A stretch of 64,000 nt of DNA, from contig JARDVH010000163.1 of NCBI GenBank assembly GCA_030324005.1, forward strand, positions 102,624,073 to 102,688,072, given 5' to 3'. This document shows, one piece after another, positions 24,306 through 36,830 of the stretch. The first letter of the stretch is position 1, and the number at the start of each line of letters is the position of its first letter. Source of the DNA: Negaprion brevirostris (Eukaryota). The position numbers and the translations under genes are program-made. Below the pieces are notes generated by a model, which saw only the letters and a program-made list of their open reading frames with translations, was not told the origin of the DNA and did no database searches.

Positions 24306-24928
24306 TGCAAGTGATAAAAACACAAATAAGTTTTTAGTTTCATGGAAGCAAATGAATATGTTTTAAATTATCTAGCTGGTTTATTTTAATAAACTGATGT
24401 AGCTCAAAGTACTCTTTTTTAAAATCCAGTGAGCCGCAGCAAACTGAAATGTATCACAGCTTCTTAGCCAGAGAGCATGCTGCCAATCCTATCTATACTC
24501 ACAGATCAATGTCAGCCTTACAAGGAATGAACTAAACTACTAAATGGTTTTGGCGCTGTGTCAGAAATGGACCAGTTTTTCCATGGGTGCAAGAGTGTGT
24601 CCAAAGTCATTTTTGCCCCATGATACTCAAAAGTCACCAAACAAGCTTTACTCCCTGACTGCTGCTAGTGGCTCAGAAATGAACNNNNNNNNNNNNNNNN
24701 NNNNNNNNNNNNNNNNNNNNNNNNNNNNNCTTAGGACAGGACATGATTCAATAATGTAAATACTGCAGAGTGAATAGAAATAACTTAAATTGGTTTTGAC
24801 ATATTGCCATCTTAATTTCATCAGATTTCTGTGGAATGGTGGACTGATAATAAATAACTTCCATCTTAAAAACTCAAATCCTCCTGCAATTTTAAACTTG
24901 GTTCCATGATATGAATTAACCTGTTATA

Positions 24929-24950
24929 ACACACACACACACACACACAC
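24929..24950. repeat. (AC)11 microsatellite
   Basis: Read directly from the sequence. Confidence 0.98.
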
Positions 24951-25489
24951 AGCAAATAATAAGACAAAGTGACTTGTAGTACAAAATTCTTTGAGGGGAA
25001 TCAGGAGATTAAAGACCGAGGGGAGATCAACAGTGAGGGTAGTTTATGGGGTCGTGATTTATTTAAAGTAATTACTAATTAGATTTTAGTAAAATTAAAG
25101 TTGGAATAGACTATTTAATTGGACCACAGGCAACTTGAATGTCAATAGAGCCAACCAATGCTTGAAATATATTTCCAACGTACATATTGCTATAAAAAGT
25201 TTGATTGTATCCTGAGCAAAAAACTCAGTTTAATGAGGAAAAATTAATCTCAATCTCCTCCTTCGTCAAACATTCTTCTTGTCTGCGATTTGACATGTGC
25301 ATTTGAAAAGGTGGTTAGGAGCAAACACTACAAAATTCAATTTAAAAATGAAGAAAATCTGGAAAGTAGAAAATCTCCATTTTTTTGCCCTGAAAATATG
25401 CCCAAAATACTCAACCCCAAACTTGGTATTTGTGGAAGTTGTGTCCCGCTAAGGGAGGATATCTGTGACTAAATAGTTTCAGACATCAT

Positions 25490-25626
25490 GAGTGGGATTT
25501 TTTGGCCTCGCTCATCCTGAATCCGCAAAATCCTGCCCGAAGTCAGTGGGCCTTTCCAGCGCTTTCCGTGTTCTGCCCTTCGCTTGCTCCGATTCCCATG
25601 GCAGGTAGGACATTAAAATTTGTTCC
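25490..25626. mobile_element. MITE
   Basis: Reverse complement aligns with 16025-16140 (AAAATCCTGCCCGAAGTCA..CTCCGATTCCCATGGC). Confidence 0.7.
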
Positions 25627-26121
25627 TATGGCTTACTAGCTGTCAGCTGGTCCATATCTGTACCCCTTAGTGCAAGGAACAATGAAATCCCCTATATTTC
25701 TTCCATCTCTCGGGGATTCACTATTCATGATGTGGATATGTTGTCAGACTTTTTACTGGATTCACTATTGACAAACATCACATGACCAAACAATTTGTGC
25801 CCATGCCTCTCCAGGTCAATTGGCAGCTAAAACTAATTGTCCATAAGACAAACAGCAGTTTCTTTTCCCCTCTCTCAGAGACCATTTGATCTGCCATAAA
25901 TGTTTCTCCAGTGCAATGGAGATGAACCTACACCTTCCAGCATCTGTTGTTCACCTCAGATTAAAACTGCAGCTCATATTCATTCTCTTCATTTGGGCAA
26001 TCAATACGCACCAAAGAAATGCCTGCAATTTTATTCTTTCTACATGAATTTTAAAACAATACAATTTTTTGACAAGAATAATATGCCAGATTTCACCCCA
26101 ATGTTTCTGAAGAAGCTGATT

Positions 26122-26488
26122 CATAAGAACATAAGAAATAGGAGCAGGAGTAGGCCATCTAGCCCTTCAAGCCTGCATCACCATTCAATAAGATCATGGC
26201 TGATCTGTCATGTCTCAGTTCCACATTCCCGCCCTCTCCCCATAACCCTTAATCCCCNNNNNNNNNNNNNNNNNNNNNNNNNNNNNNNNNNNNNNNNNNN
26301 NNNNNNNNNNNNNNNNNNNNNNNNNNNNNNNNNNNNNNNNNNNNNNNNNNNNNNNNNACTCTAACGAGTACAAGCCTAGTTTATTCAGCCTCTCCTCATA
26401 GCTCAACCCCCTCAACTCCGGTATCAGCCTAGTTAACCTCCTCTGCGCTCCCTCCAAGGCCAAAATATCCTTGCGTAAGTGCGGCGAC
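26122..26488 (-). mobile_element. Young CR1 LINE 3' fragment
   Basis: ALEGAQRRLTRLIPELRGLSYEERLNKLGLYSLE..GIKGYGERAGMW plus the CR1 tail. Confidence 0.92.
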
Positions 26489-27259
26489 CTTCAGGCGACC
26501 TGCCTGAAGTTAATCACTATGAATTTGTAGGCCAAGTAGTTCACCATGGCTAAGCGATCAGTGAATACCAGTATGCTATTTAACTGCAGAAAGCATCACA
26601 ATCACATATGATCTGATCCTCATTAAACATTGATACAAACACACCTCCTGCCCCATAGCAATTAGATGAAAAAAACCACATCATTTTATCCCTCTTAATC
26701 CAGAAGTGCCAAAGTCAACTGTAGTGGTATTACAATCTCTCAAACGAAGGTTTTTGCTGTGCAGCAACACAAAAATAAAGGACGGACAGCAGTATGAAAC
26801 AATGTTCAGTTGAACTGCAATGTAGCATTAAACTTGGTTTCATTGAGTGCTCCAGGGTTTGAGGCACAGCAATTTCACCTGTACATGAAAAGTCAATTTG
26901 GAATCAAACAAGGTGCTGGCTAACTGAAAGTGATTTTTTAACTGTTAGTTTATATTTTCTAAGTACTTAAGAATGTTGACAATGTGTAACACCTTCCAAC
27001 TTCCTCGCTGTGGATGTGGTCTCAAATCCCAACCTTGACTCTCAGTGCCACAGACACTCAATGCCACAGGTGGCTCAGAGTATGCGAACCTACTTGTACG
27101 CTATGTCATGCTGCCATATACAATACAGTACAGGAACTCTGTACTAATCTGGGACTATGCAATGTCCAGCAGAGAAGAACAACAGTCAAAAACCCTGACC
27201 AATTAAAAGAGCAAAGGCCTAGAAAATTTGTATTTGACCCTCTGAGGTGATCAAAAGTA

Positions 27260-28100
27260 ATTGAGGAGGCCACAATATTTGGCTCCAAGGAATGCTTTAT
27301 TGAACATTCAATTCAATCTGAGAGGCTTACATGGTACTAGCAGAAACCAAGTCAATCACCAACAGAGCAAGTACAAATTCAGACTGAAGTACAAGAGGGA
27401 TTTTCACTTTGTATCAGCAGGAAATAGTTTCCTTTCCAACATTTACATCAGGGAATTCTATAAACATCAGCTGCAGATTTAAATTAGAAGTCCAGTATAA
27501 TGTGAATGTTAAAATTATACTGCTGATTTCAATTAAGATACATGACAAGATCCTAAATTTTAAACTAGGTTTGGTTTAATGATAAATTTTGTAGCATTGC
27601 CATCACTCATTTTGTGAAAGTATAACAGGCTATAAAATTGCAAATACAGACATCTTCAGTCAATGCACTGATAACCACATCAATAGACAATGATCAATAG
27701 TCTACTAAAACTATGCAAGATTATTGATTTGTAAGTCTAAGTCACACTGAAACGTGCTCATCTGTTCCAGGTTACAAGACATTCACTGACTGTAGAGGTT
27801 AAAATAATAAAAGTGGACAAACCTCACCTGAAACACAAAAGGAAGACTGAACAGAAATGAAGTACTTATAAAAATACTGGTCCCAATTTAGTACAGCATC
27901 TGGAGTTCTTACAAGAGGGAACCAAAACAAAATGATATTGGTTTTGCTACACTCCATCATGGAAACACACCTTACCCACAAACATACTGGACCAAATTTG
28001 GTGATCAGCAATGAATGAATGGCATCAATAGTTCATGACACACATATACTTTTCCATAGACTTTCTATAGTTTTTACACTGGAAATTGAGATAATTAGAA
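27260..28100 (+). mobile_element. Possible ancient Gypsy pol remnant (RNase H-integrase linker)
   Basis: Fragments SKYKFRLKYKR and KYWSQFSTASGVL resemble Gypsy Y.F.I.YR and YW......GVL.R motifs; weak. Confidence 0.3.
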
Positions 28101-29479
28101 ATCTAAAACAGTGCCATGACCACTTAGAGGATCTGGGACCTCTGTTAACAATTATGTGTCTCCTTAACCAATCAAATTGAAAAACTTTACGGGGACACAC
28201 AAGAGTCTGAACCAGGAAATGCAGTTTCATATTTAATCGAACTTCACATCATGTAGAAAAAGCAAAATGAACAAGGGAAATAAGAATAAGATGTGGGGAG
28301 AAAAGAGAAAGATGTAAAGGGTACAAAAAAAGTTCAAATCTCCAACAATAATTAAACAACATGCTTGTAAAAGTTAATTTTCAGTGCCAGAGTGCTTGTT
28401 GGACAGTAATTAAGCTTTAACAGACATTTACAATTCATTTAGGCTGGAATGGACAAGGCCTGTTTTTCTAAAATGTTTTGTGGATATTTGTCACTTAAAA
28501 ATCCCAACAACAATGTTGCATGTTTTTGCAATATCAAGGAACATATTCAGCATCTTCCTGATTTCTACCTTTTAGCGTGCATGCATGTTTTCTAGAAATT
28601 CATGCCCAATATACCTTTTATTAACAGTGAGTGCTGATGACATCACTATTTTTTCTACTGTAAAATCCAAATCAAAGGGACTTAAATATAGATGGACCAA
28701 GTGCTGACAAGTTGTTAAAACTAATATATTTCACTTTGCAGCTGCAGAAACCTGTAAATATGACACTAGTAATATGGCACAAAACTAGTCTGTCTAATCT
28801 GCAATGTTGGCCATCTGCTCTGGACATTTGAACACTCTAGTTTTGAAACTAATTATCAAGGAAAATAGCACTTAGNNNNGCATTATCAAAGTTCAATTTC
28901 AGATGATAAAATAGAAGATAGAAAAGAAGGTTTTAATGGCAGTTGATAAAGGTACATAAAACACAATAAGCTTTATTACAGCTCTGGGCATGTGGAGTTC
29001 CAAGCGTAACACTGACATGTATTAACCTACTTTTTCTTCTGTGCCAGTTCCTACCCTTGTTGTGACTTTTTGTGCTAAATGCAAAATGGTTAAAAATCTA
29101 GGAGTGTCATGTTAACACTTAAACAAGTAGCTTTGAAAGAAGTTGGCCTGAAATATAAAACAACATATATCTTTATTTTCTTCATTAACCTCTTAGTCCA
29201 TTAATCTTCATCCGAACTTAGAGGCACTGAATGACTTCTACAGATAGGAACATGCCAAAAATAAAATATTGTACTTCAAAAGAAAAACAATGTTATCTAT
29301 GAATAAAGAACGGTTAGAGTTTTCAGAACTTTTAGTTTAGAATCAATTGCTATCTGAATGTTAAAAGTACAGTTACATTTGCAGTTCTGAAAAGAAAATT
29401 GACTCGTTTGTTTACATAAAATTATTAGAAGAATGAAACAAATAAAATCTGCAGAAATTCAAGTTACTATTAAATTTTA

Positions 29480-30940
29480 TTTACTATGTGAATTCCCCTG
29501 AAAATTATCTTTTACACTCATGTAAAAGTTGAGTTCTTGAGACCATATTTTTGAGCAAAAGACCTTTTTCTTTTCGTAATCCTCCTGATCAGAAACTCCA
29601 AACCTTCCTCAGCCCATATTTTCAAGCCAACTTTATCTGTCCATCCTTTATTATGAATGAAGGCTCCTGTTAGGAATTGTTGATGTGGAGGGGTTTTCCT
29701 TGAGGATTAACATTGGCTTAAGCTTTGTTGTATCAGACATGCAAAACAGAACAACAGTGAGTCTATTCTTTTCATGGCCAGTCGTCTTCAAACAACTGTT
29801 TGAACACTGTCTTCTCTCAGATTTTGAATATCATTTGACTGCCTGGTGTATCAAAATTCATGGGAGTTTCATTCATGCTCCCAATACTGGCCAATTTGTA
29901 TCCATTTTTTGTTTACATTTGATTCTAAACTGTTTAAATTGAATAATCTTGTCATCTAGCTCTACTGGGACACTGAAAACTTCTGTCACTTCAAAACAAT
30001 TAAGAATATCAACACAAACATCTGCCTCTGAACTGAATGGCCCACCAAAACTGGGAGGCCCCACTTATTCTTTTCGATATTAGGACTCCACCTCCAGCGC
30101 ATCTACAGGCATGCTTTTATATAGCATTTCTTTTTAACTAAAAATTTATTTTCAAAAGCATAAACTTTAGACACAAATATCACAGAAGTGAAATCTTGGT
30201 CTCCTGTTTCTCTTCATAAACCTGTACAACTTCCAGAGCTGGCTTTAAAATCTGTAACACCTAATATTTTTGCTTATTTCAGGGTAAAGAAATATGTAGA
30301 TCTGTAAGCCCGTTCCAGCGATTTTAGCTGACGCATTTTGCAACTTCATTTTCCGACTGTGGCTATTTGTCCGGATTTTTTTTTTCTGTTTCCATACTAA
30401 TTCCTAGGCATCTGCCTAAGCCAAATAGAGTACCCTCCAATCCTCCAAATGTTTGTCTTTGACATGTTGAGTGGTGTTGCGTAATTATTCGTCGGCTCTG
30501 CAAACTCAATGACTTTAAGTTTAAACAGGACTGTGTGTCTACTTTTCCTTCTTAATACCAAATTGTCAAAAATATGGGTATGTACACAGGGTATAGTACT
30601 TAGGTGTGATGTTTGTGTACCTTGTTTCCAACTGGCAGCATTTGCTAATTCCTAGATTTCCCAGTTCAAATTTCAGGTTTTTGCTCCTTTTAAACGATTT
30701 TACAGGGTGTAATATAAATCAGAGAAAAATGTGAGCAAAATGTACATAACCCTGAAGAATTAGAAGAAGTAACCAGTATCAAGGAATTACATTATTAATT
30801 GGAGTTATTTATCACAGCACTGATAACACATTGTTCTATCCCTCAAAATCAAAGGTCAACTTATACACAAGATATATGACAAATTAAGAACTTTTTGGCT
30901 AAACGGGAGGAATGAGCTATTCCTCAAATATATCCAGTAC
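29480..30940 (-). mobile_element. pogo/Tc2-type (POGK-like) DNA transposon fossil with one terminus
   Basis: Collinear minus-strand motifs: DFKASS..YRFMKRN (~30250-30210), PVELDDKIIQFKQF, IGSMNETPMNFD (~29886-29850), LKTTGHEKNRLTVVLFCMSDTTKLKPMLI (~29793-29705), NKGWTD..LKIW..GGLRKEK (~29652-29565). Terminal-type repeats GGTCAACTTATACACAAGATATATG and ..AAATATATCCAGTA at 30854-30940. Confidence 0.85.
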
Positions 30941-31069
30941 TTCAACTAGAAATAAATATTTTTTCTTCCTTTAAATTTAAGTATTTACTTTTTCTATTTT
31001 TTTCCTTGGGGACTGCAAGTATCCAACTGAAACATGAGGAAACTCAACTGCTTGAAACATTTCTACCAT

Positions 31070-32290
31070 AGCAATACAGGACAATGAGTAAGCCATTCAC
31101 CTCCCCAAACCTGGTTAGCAATTCAATTTAATCCATTTGCCAGTCTTTGCCCTGTATCCCTTGAACTCCTACTTAACTTGTTAGTGGACACGTCCATCAA
31201 AAAAAAATCTAAAGCTTAAAAATTTCAATTCATTCATCATCCACAATCTTTTGGGGAAGAGAGTTCCAGATTTTAGCCATCATTTGTTTGAATAAATGTA
31301 TTGTAATTTTATGCCTACCTGGTTCACATTTAATTTTATAATATTCCCTCATTCTACATTTCCTTACCATAAAAAATGCTTCTCAGCGTCTACCTATAGT
31401 TTCACTGAACCACGGAAAAGTTACAGTGCAGAAGGAGCCATCTGGCCCATCTCATCCATGCCAGCTTGAGGACACCCAAATGCACTTTTTAATCTCACTT
31501 TCCTGCACCTGGCCCCATAGCTTTGTAGCTTATAGTGCATAAGGTGCAGATCCAGATACTTTTTAAAAGAGTTTAGGGTCTCTGCCTCTATCATCACCAC
31601 AGGTAGAAAATTCCAGATACCCACCATCCTTTGCACAAAAAAGTTTTTTCCTATGTCCCTAATACACCTACTGCCATTTGTCTTGAATCTAGGTTCCCTG
31701 ATTCTAGAATTCTTCACCAAGATAAACAATTTTATCCTGGAATCACTTTATCATTTTGAACACCTCAATTACATCAGCTCCTCAATCTTCTACACTTAAG
31801 GGAATAATCAATTATGTGAACTGTCTGCATAACTTAAATCGTTAAGCATAGTATTGAATGAATCCTCTTAAAGGCCAACACACTTTTCCTGAAGTGAACT
31901 CTGCAAAATTGAAAGCAGTACTCAACATGTTATCTGATAAAGGTTCTGTATAACTAAAGCATGACCTCAAAAAGACTGGCATATAAAAATGAGGAAGTGA
32001 AGGTCAACATTCCATTTGCTGTTTTAAATACTTTTAGTGTAATGATTTGTGTACTGTACACTAAAACCCTTTTGTCTGCCAAAACCTATAGTCTTTCCAT
32101 TTGGAAAAATTGATTCATTTTTCTTGAATCCCCATTAAATGATCTCAGACTCAACCAATTGAAAACCATCTGCTATAGTTTTGCCTACTCATATAGCTTG
32201 TCAGTCTTTTTGTAATTTACTGGTCCCACCTACACCACTTGCCATGGCTCCTAACATAGTGTACTCTGCAAATTTGGGTGAAAAGCTGAC
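31070..32290 (-). mobile_element. Old CR1 fragment containing a younger CR1 3' end (31405-31740)
   Basis: Nested copy encodes SRIREPRFKTNG..GKNFFVQRMVGIWNFLP..EAETLNSFKKYLDLHL; degraded CR1 continues on both sides (..AAATTTGCAGAG near 32270). Confidence 0.8.
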
Positions 32291-32509
32291 ATCAGAGCCC
32301 AGATCTCTAGGGAGCACCCATATTAGTACCTCACCATCTTGAAACAAGTTGCCCACTAGAACATATGTTTTATCAGAAAATGTAGTTAGATTAGTGCCAA
32401 TTTCCAGCTTTTGGAAAGAGGTACGTCCAAGATACTGCAAGGATTTGTTTTAGAATGATTTAGATACTGCACCTCCAGTAACACTGATTGATAAGTATTG
32501 TGTAAAAAT

Positions 32510-32905
32510 GTGGGTTAGGCTTTTAAATTCATGAACCTTTGCTTAAATGTACCCAAGAACAATGGGAAGAAGGTCTTGTTTTTTGATTAGGAGAGCTCTT
32601 GTCAAAAATTGAGGCTTTCTTCATGCAATACCCAATTTGCATAACTGCACGATACCAAATTGCCTCCAATTTGATTGGCCATCTCAGGTGGTAAAATCAC
32701 GTTGCTGCAATAGAGGGTGAGGATGCTATGCTAATGTTGAGCCTAAGGCACATTGTTGGGTCATAGCATAATGAGATTTAGTATACAGCTGGCCAAACCA
32801 TACCTGATATGGAGGGCTGGAAAACAAAACTGGCTTCTTGATATAGGAAAGTGTTGCCTATGCAAGTGCAACCATCCCTTGACTCGAGTTTTGAGCAGAA
32901 AAATT
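32510..32905 (+). mobile_element. Possible ancient LF-SINE-related SINE
   Basis: Degenerate collinear resemblance to recalled LF-SINE-like consensus (..AATGGGAAGAAGGTC.., ATTGGCCATCTCAG, AGGCACATTGTTGGG, ATACCTGA). Confidence 0.35.
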
Positions 32906-33729
32906 AAGCAAGCTGTTTTTTGTACTCAAAAAAAGAAAATATTTTCAGCTCCCGCCAAAATGCTAGATCTATGCACAAGGCTGTGCTGATGTTGCTGTAA
33001 AACCTGCTGCTGGGAAATGCACAAGAGCAGGTTGGGTTAACAGTCCCTTGGATCTTTCCCTTTCTGTGATTGATGGAGAACATAGAGTGCAGCCTTCAAT
33101 TGATATCTCCCCACATGAAACAGCTGAAATCAGCACTTCACTATGTAAAAGGTTGTAGATATAAACTTGCATATAGCTTCTCCATTATAAGGGATACAGG
33201 AACTTACGTGTGACATTACCCACTTCCCCATCAATATGTGGATCGCGAGTATGTTTAGTGTCACTCCTCCTGAGGTCAAACATCAAAAAAATACTGCATG
33301 TCATCAAAATGTAGGTTTTAATGGAAAAGCTAGCTGGGAAGCAGGGAATCAATAAGTCACATTCATTAAAATCTGTGGTGTATTTGGTAAAATAATTTTT
33401 TCCTATAATAAAGATTAATGGACTAATAATACTTNNNNNNNNNNNNAAATTTCACCAAGCAAAACTCAATCATAATTACCAGAGCACATGACCAGGGCTG
33501 GGTGTACAAAGGCTGAACAATGAACAATTGAAGTAATTTATTTAACCCTTATATGGGGAAAAAAGAATGCATGCTTTTAAAATGTAAGATGTTCAAGCAA
33601 TACTCTTAAGTACTTAGTGCTGTTCCCTCACTTACGATACATAAACTTGGGTACATTAAAGTATATTTAAACAAGATTCAGCTTTGGACATGAGTTGCAA
33701 AATTTCGATTACTTTCAACAATTCAAATT

Positions 33730-34032
33730 TTTAATTCATTGAATGTGGGAGTCGCTGCCAAGTCAGGTATTTGCTGCGCATTCCTAATTGGGCTGAGGGG
33801 CAGTTAAGAGTCAACCGCGTTGTTGCGGATCTGAAGTTACATGTAGACCGGATCAAGCAAGGACAGCAGATTCCTTTCTTAAAAGTGAACCAGATGAGGA
33901 TTATTTTACAACAATTGACAATAGTTATCAATAGACCTTTATTGAATTAAAATTCTGCCGCCTGCCATGATGGGATTCGGACCCCGGTCCCTGGAGTATA
34001 ATGAGAGTCTCTGGATTATTGATCCAATGGCA
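33730..34032 (-). mobile_element. tRNA-derived SINE with LINE-derived tail
   Basis: Reverse complement aligns with 59480-59610 plus 59900-60105 (GGAATCTGCTGTCC..TACATG..GGTTGACTCTTAACTGCCC..CAATTAGG). Confidence 0.8.
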
Positions 34033-34699
34033 ACACCACTATGTCACTGCCTTCCCCCAAACTACAGATGCTTATACAAACCTTATAGTATTGGTATGGA
34101 CGAAGAATTAAGATTTATCTATTTTGTTAACAATACATCAATACTTTCCTTAAACCACTGCAACCTGGACGGAAGCCCAAAGCCTACAGACAAGTTGCCT
34201 TTGGCAGCATGGGAAGGATGAAAAAGAAAATTATTACTCGAGAACCAGAGTACAGAAAGTCAAAAAGTAATCTAAACATAATTTACAAAATATGGAATTG
34301 AATATTTAGGTTATTTCTATTAATACCATAAAAGCAGACACAATCAAAATGTTATTTGACTAAAAGATAAATTGGAACAGGAATAAAGAAGATCAATGTG
34401 GAGAGTTAATGCTAGCAGTTTCTCTCACAGACTGGGAACGAGGCCGAATTTTGCTTATTTATGGAGTGTGAAATTCATGAGTCTTTTTTTATTTAGTTTG
34501 TTCCTTCTTTCTTTGAATTATGGGAGTACTGTTGCTTTCTTTCAGTCTCCTGAAGCTGCCCAAATTTAGTTGGCTTTGGGAGATTATAATTTGCGTTTCC
34601 CAACATCCTCATCTGATTATATTTATTCCTTCAGGTGGTGACTGTTCAGGCTGAAAGATTTGTTTGATTTATATCCTTTTAGTTTATTCAATTACAATC

Positions 34700-34990
34700 T
34701 CTCTCTATGCCTACACAATTCTCCCTGTCACTAATCTGTGGCCTTCCTTGTACTTTTCATGTCATATTCTTCTCCAAAACCTGAAGCAAAATGTTCAGTT
34801 CTGCTGTGTCCTTATCCTTCATTACTGTCACACTGTAGTATGTTTTTAAGGCTCAATTCTTCCATTAGTACTCTCTTTATCTTGCTTTATTCATTCAAAA
34901 ACCCCTGGGATTACCCTTGATCCTGTTTGCAAGGCTCTCATCATACTCCATCATCACTTTCATAATTTTCCTCGTCTCCCTTTGCATTTT
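34700..34990 (-). mobile_element. Degraded CR1 ORF2 linker fragment
   Basis: EYDESLANRIKGNPRGF matches the CR1 motif YE..LA..IK.NPK.F. Confidence 0.65.
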
Positions 34991-35409
34991 AAAATACAAC
35001 TCAGAAAACACAGCCAAAGCAAAAACCTTAAATAATAAAATGATAGATCTTTCAATAGCCAGCAAAAATAAATATAACAAGGTATAAGAACGTTTGAAAT
35101 GAAAAAAGGTCACTGGTTTATCCAATATATTCTTACATATAATTTGCTCAAAAATGGATGGCAAAATTAACTCAACTTCTTTCAGGAGACAACTGACCAT
35201 ACATAAGCCATCAAGAATATTAAATGCTGAATTTTCTTGCTGACTCCCATGAATATTTGCTAAAACCACCAGAATACAAATAAATTTTAAATTCCATACT
35301 TGCTGTTTTGACCAACCACATGCAGTAAAACTATGCTGAAGTGTCACACCACAAGAGGCATAGGCCATTCAGCCCTTGAGTCTTTTCCACAATTCACACA
35401 ATCCACTTG

Positions 35410-36830
35410 GATTGGCTGTGTCTTAGAGGATGCTTGTATTTGTTCGTGCTCTGGATTCATGTTATCCTTCTAAGTTAGTGTTGATGCTGTTGTTTTAGGA
35501 CTTGTGGTGAGTAAGTGTTATTCGAGCTTCAACATCATAGAAAACTAAACAACAAGTTTGAGTTTAGCATTAGGTCTGATTTCAAGTCTCGTAATTTATA
35601 TAATTTACTACTGGCTGAGCTAGCACATTGCATTCATAGAGTCATACAGCACAGAAAAGGCCATTCGGCCCACTGAATCTGCATTCAGTGATGTAACTCT
35701 TCCAAGATATGGGAACATTTTCCAATATTTCACCATGAATCTCAACTGAAAGTGCTGGATTTGATATATTTGATGTGGGCTGGTGGAGGATCTTGTTAGG
35801 TGGATTAGCCATGGTAGAGGCGTGGGATTATTGGGACAGGAAAGAGGGATGGTGGACCTGGATAAGATGCTCTTCTGGAGAGTTGTGGCAGACTTGATGG
35901 GCCAACTAGGCTCCTTCTGCAGTGGAGGGTTTCTATAATTCATGCTGGTCTTCGTTTTGAGGGTGCATAGCTCAATGGTTGCCTTGAAAAAGGTGTTCCT
36001 GTCATGCTTTTAAGCAAGGAGTTGAATTTCCTCAACCTTCTCAGTCTACCATTTATTCATCTAATTATTGCAGATTCTTCTTTGAACATCAACTTCAGCT
36101 GTCTAAAGGGAGACATTCTTTTTTGTGGAGTTTGAATCCAGTTGCCAGGTTTGGAATGTTCTTCATTAACAATCGATTATTTTTCATATTGTCTATATTG
36201 CTCTCATCAAACCAATATTGCTATCTATTCGTGGTGCATCTGAGGATTTCTAGGCAGNNNNNNNNNNNNNNNNNNNNNNNNNNNNNNNNNNNNNNNNNNN
36301 NNNNNNNNNNNNNNNNNNNNNNNNNNNNNNNNNNNNNNNNNNNNNNNNNNNNNNNNNNNNNNNNNNNNNNNNNNNNNNNNNNNNNNNNNNNNNNNNNNNN
36401 NNNNNNNNNNNNNNNNNNNNNNNNNNNNNNNNNNNNNNNNNNNNNNNNNNNNNNNNNNNNNNNNNNNNNNNNNNNNNNNNNNNNNNNNNNNNNNNNNNNN
36501 NNNNNNNNNNNNNNNNNNNNNNNNNNNNNNNNNNNNNNNNNNNNNNNNNNNNNNNNNNNNNNNNNNNNNNNNNNNNNNNNNNNNNNNNNNNNNNNNNNNN
36601 NNNNNNNNNNNNNNNNNNNNNNNNNNNNNNNNNNNNNNNNNNNNNNNNNNNNNNATATTGCTCTCATCAAACCAATCTTGCTATCTTTTCGTGGTGCATC
36701 TGAGGATTTCTTGGCAGGTGTGAGTGATGATGGATTTCAATGATTGCTAGTCATCTTGGATGTAACTTGATGCTGTGACCATCCATTCTTTTAGTTTTTG
36801 ATTGATTTGTTGCCGCAATTCCTTCAGCTT
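35410..36830 (-). mobile_element. Fragmented RTE-clade LINE with SINE/CR1 tails inserted (35635-35683, 35793-35942)
   Basis: HTCQEILRCTTKR*QDWFDESN, TEKVEEIQLLA*KHDRNTFFKAT and FPYLG motifs in the expected order. Confidence 0.75.
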
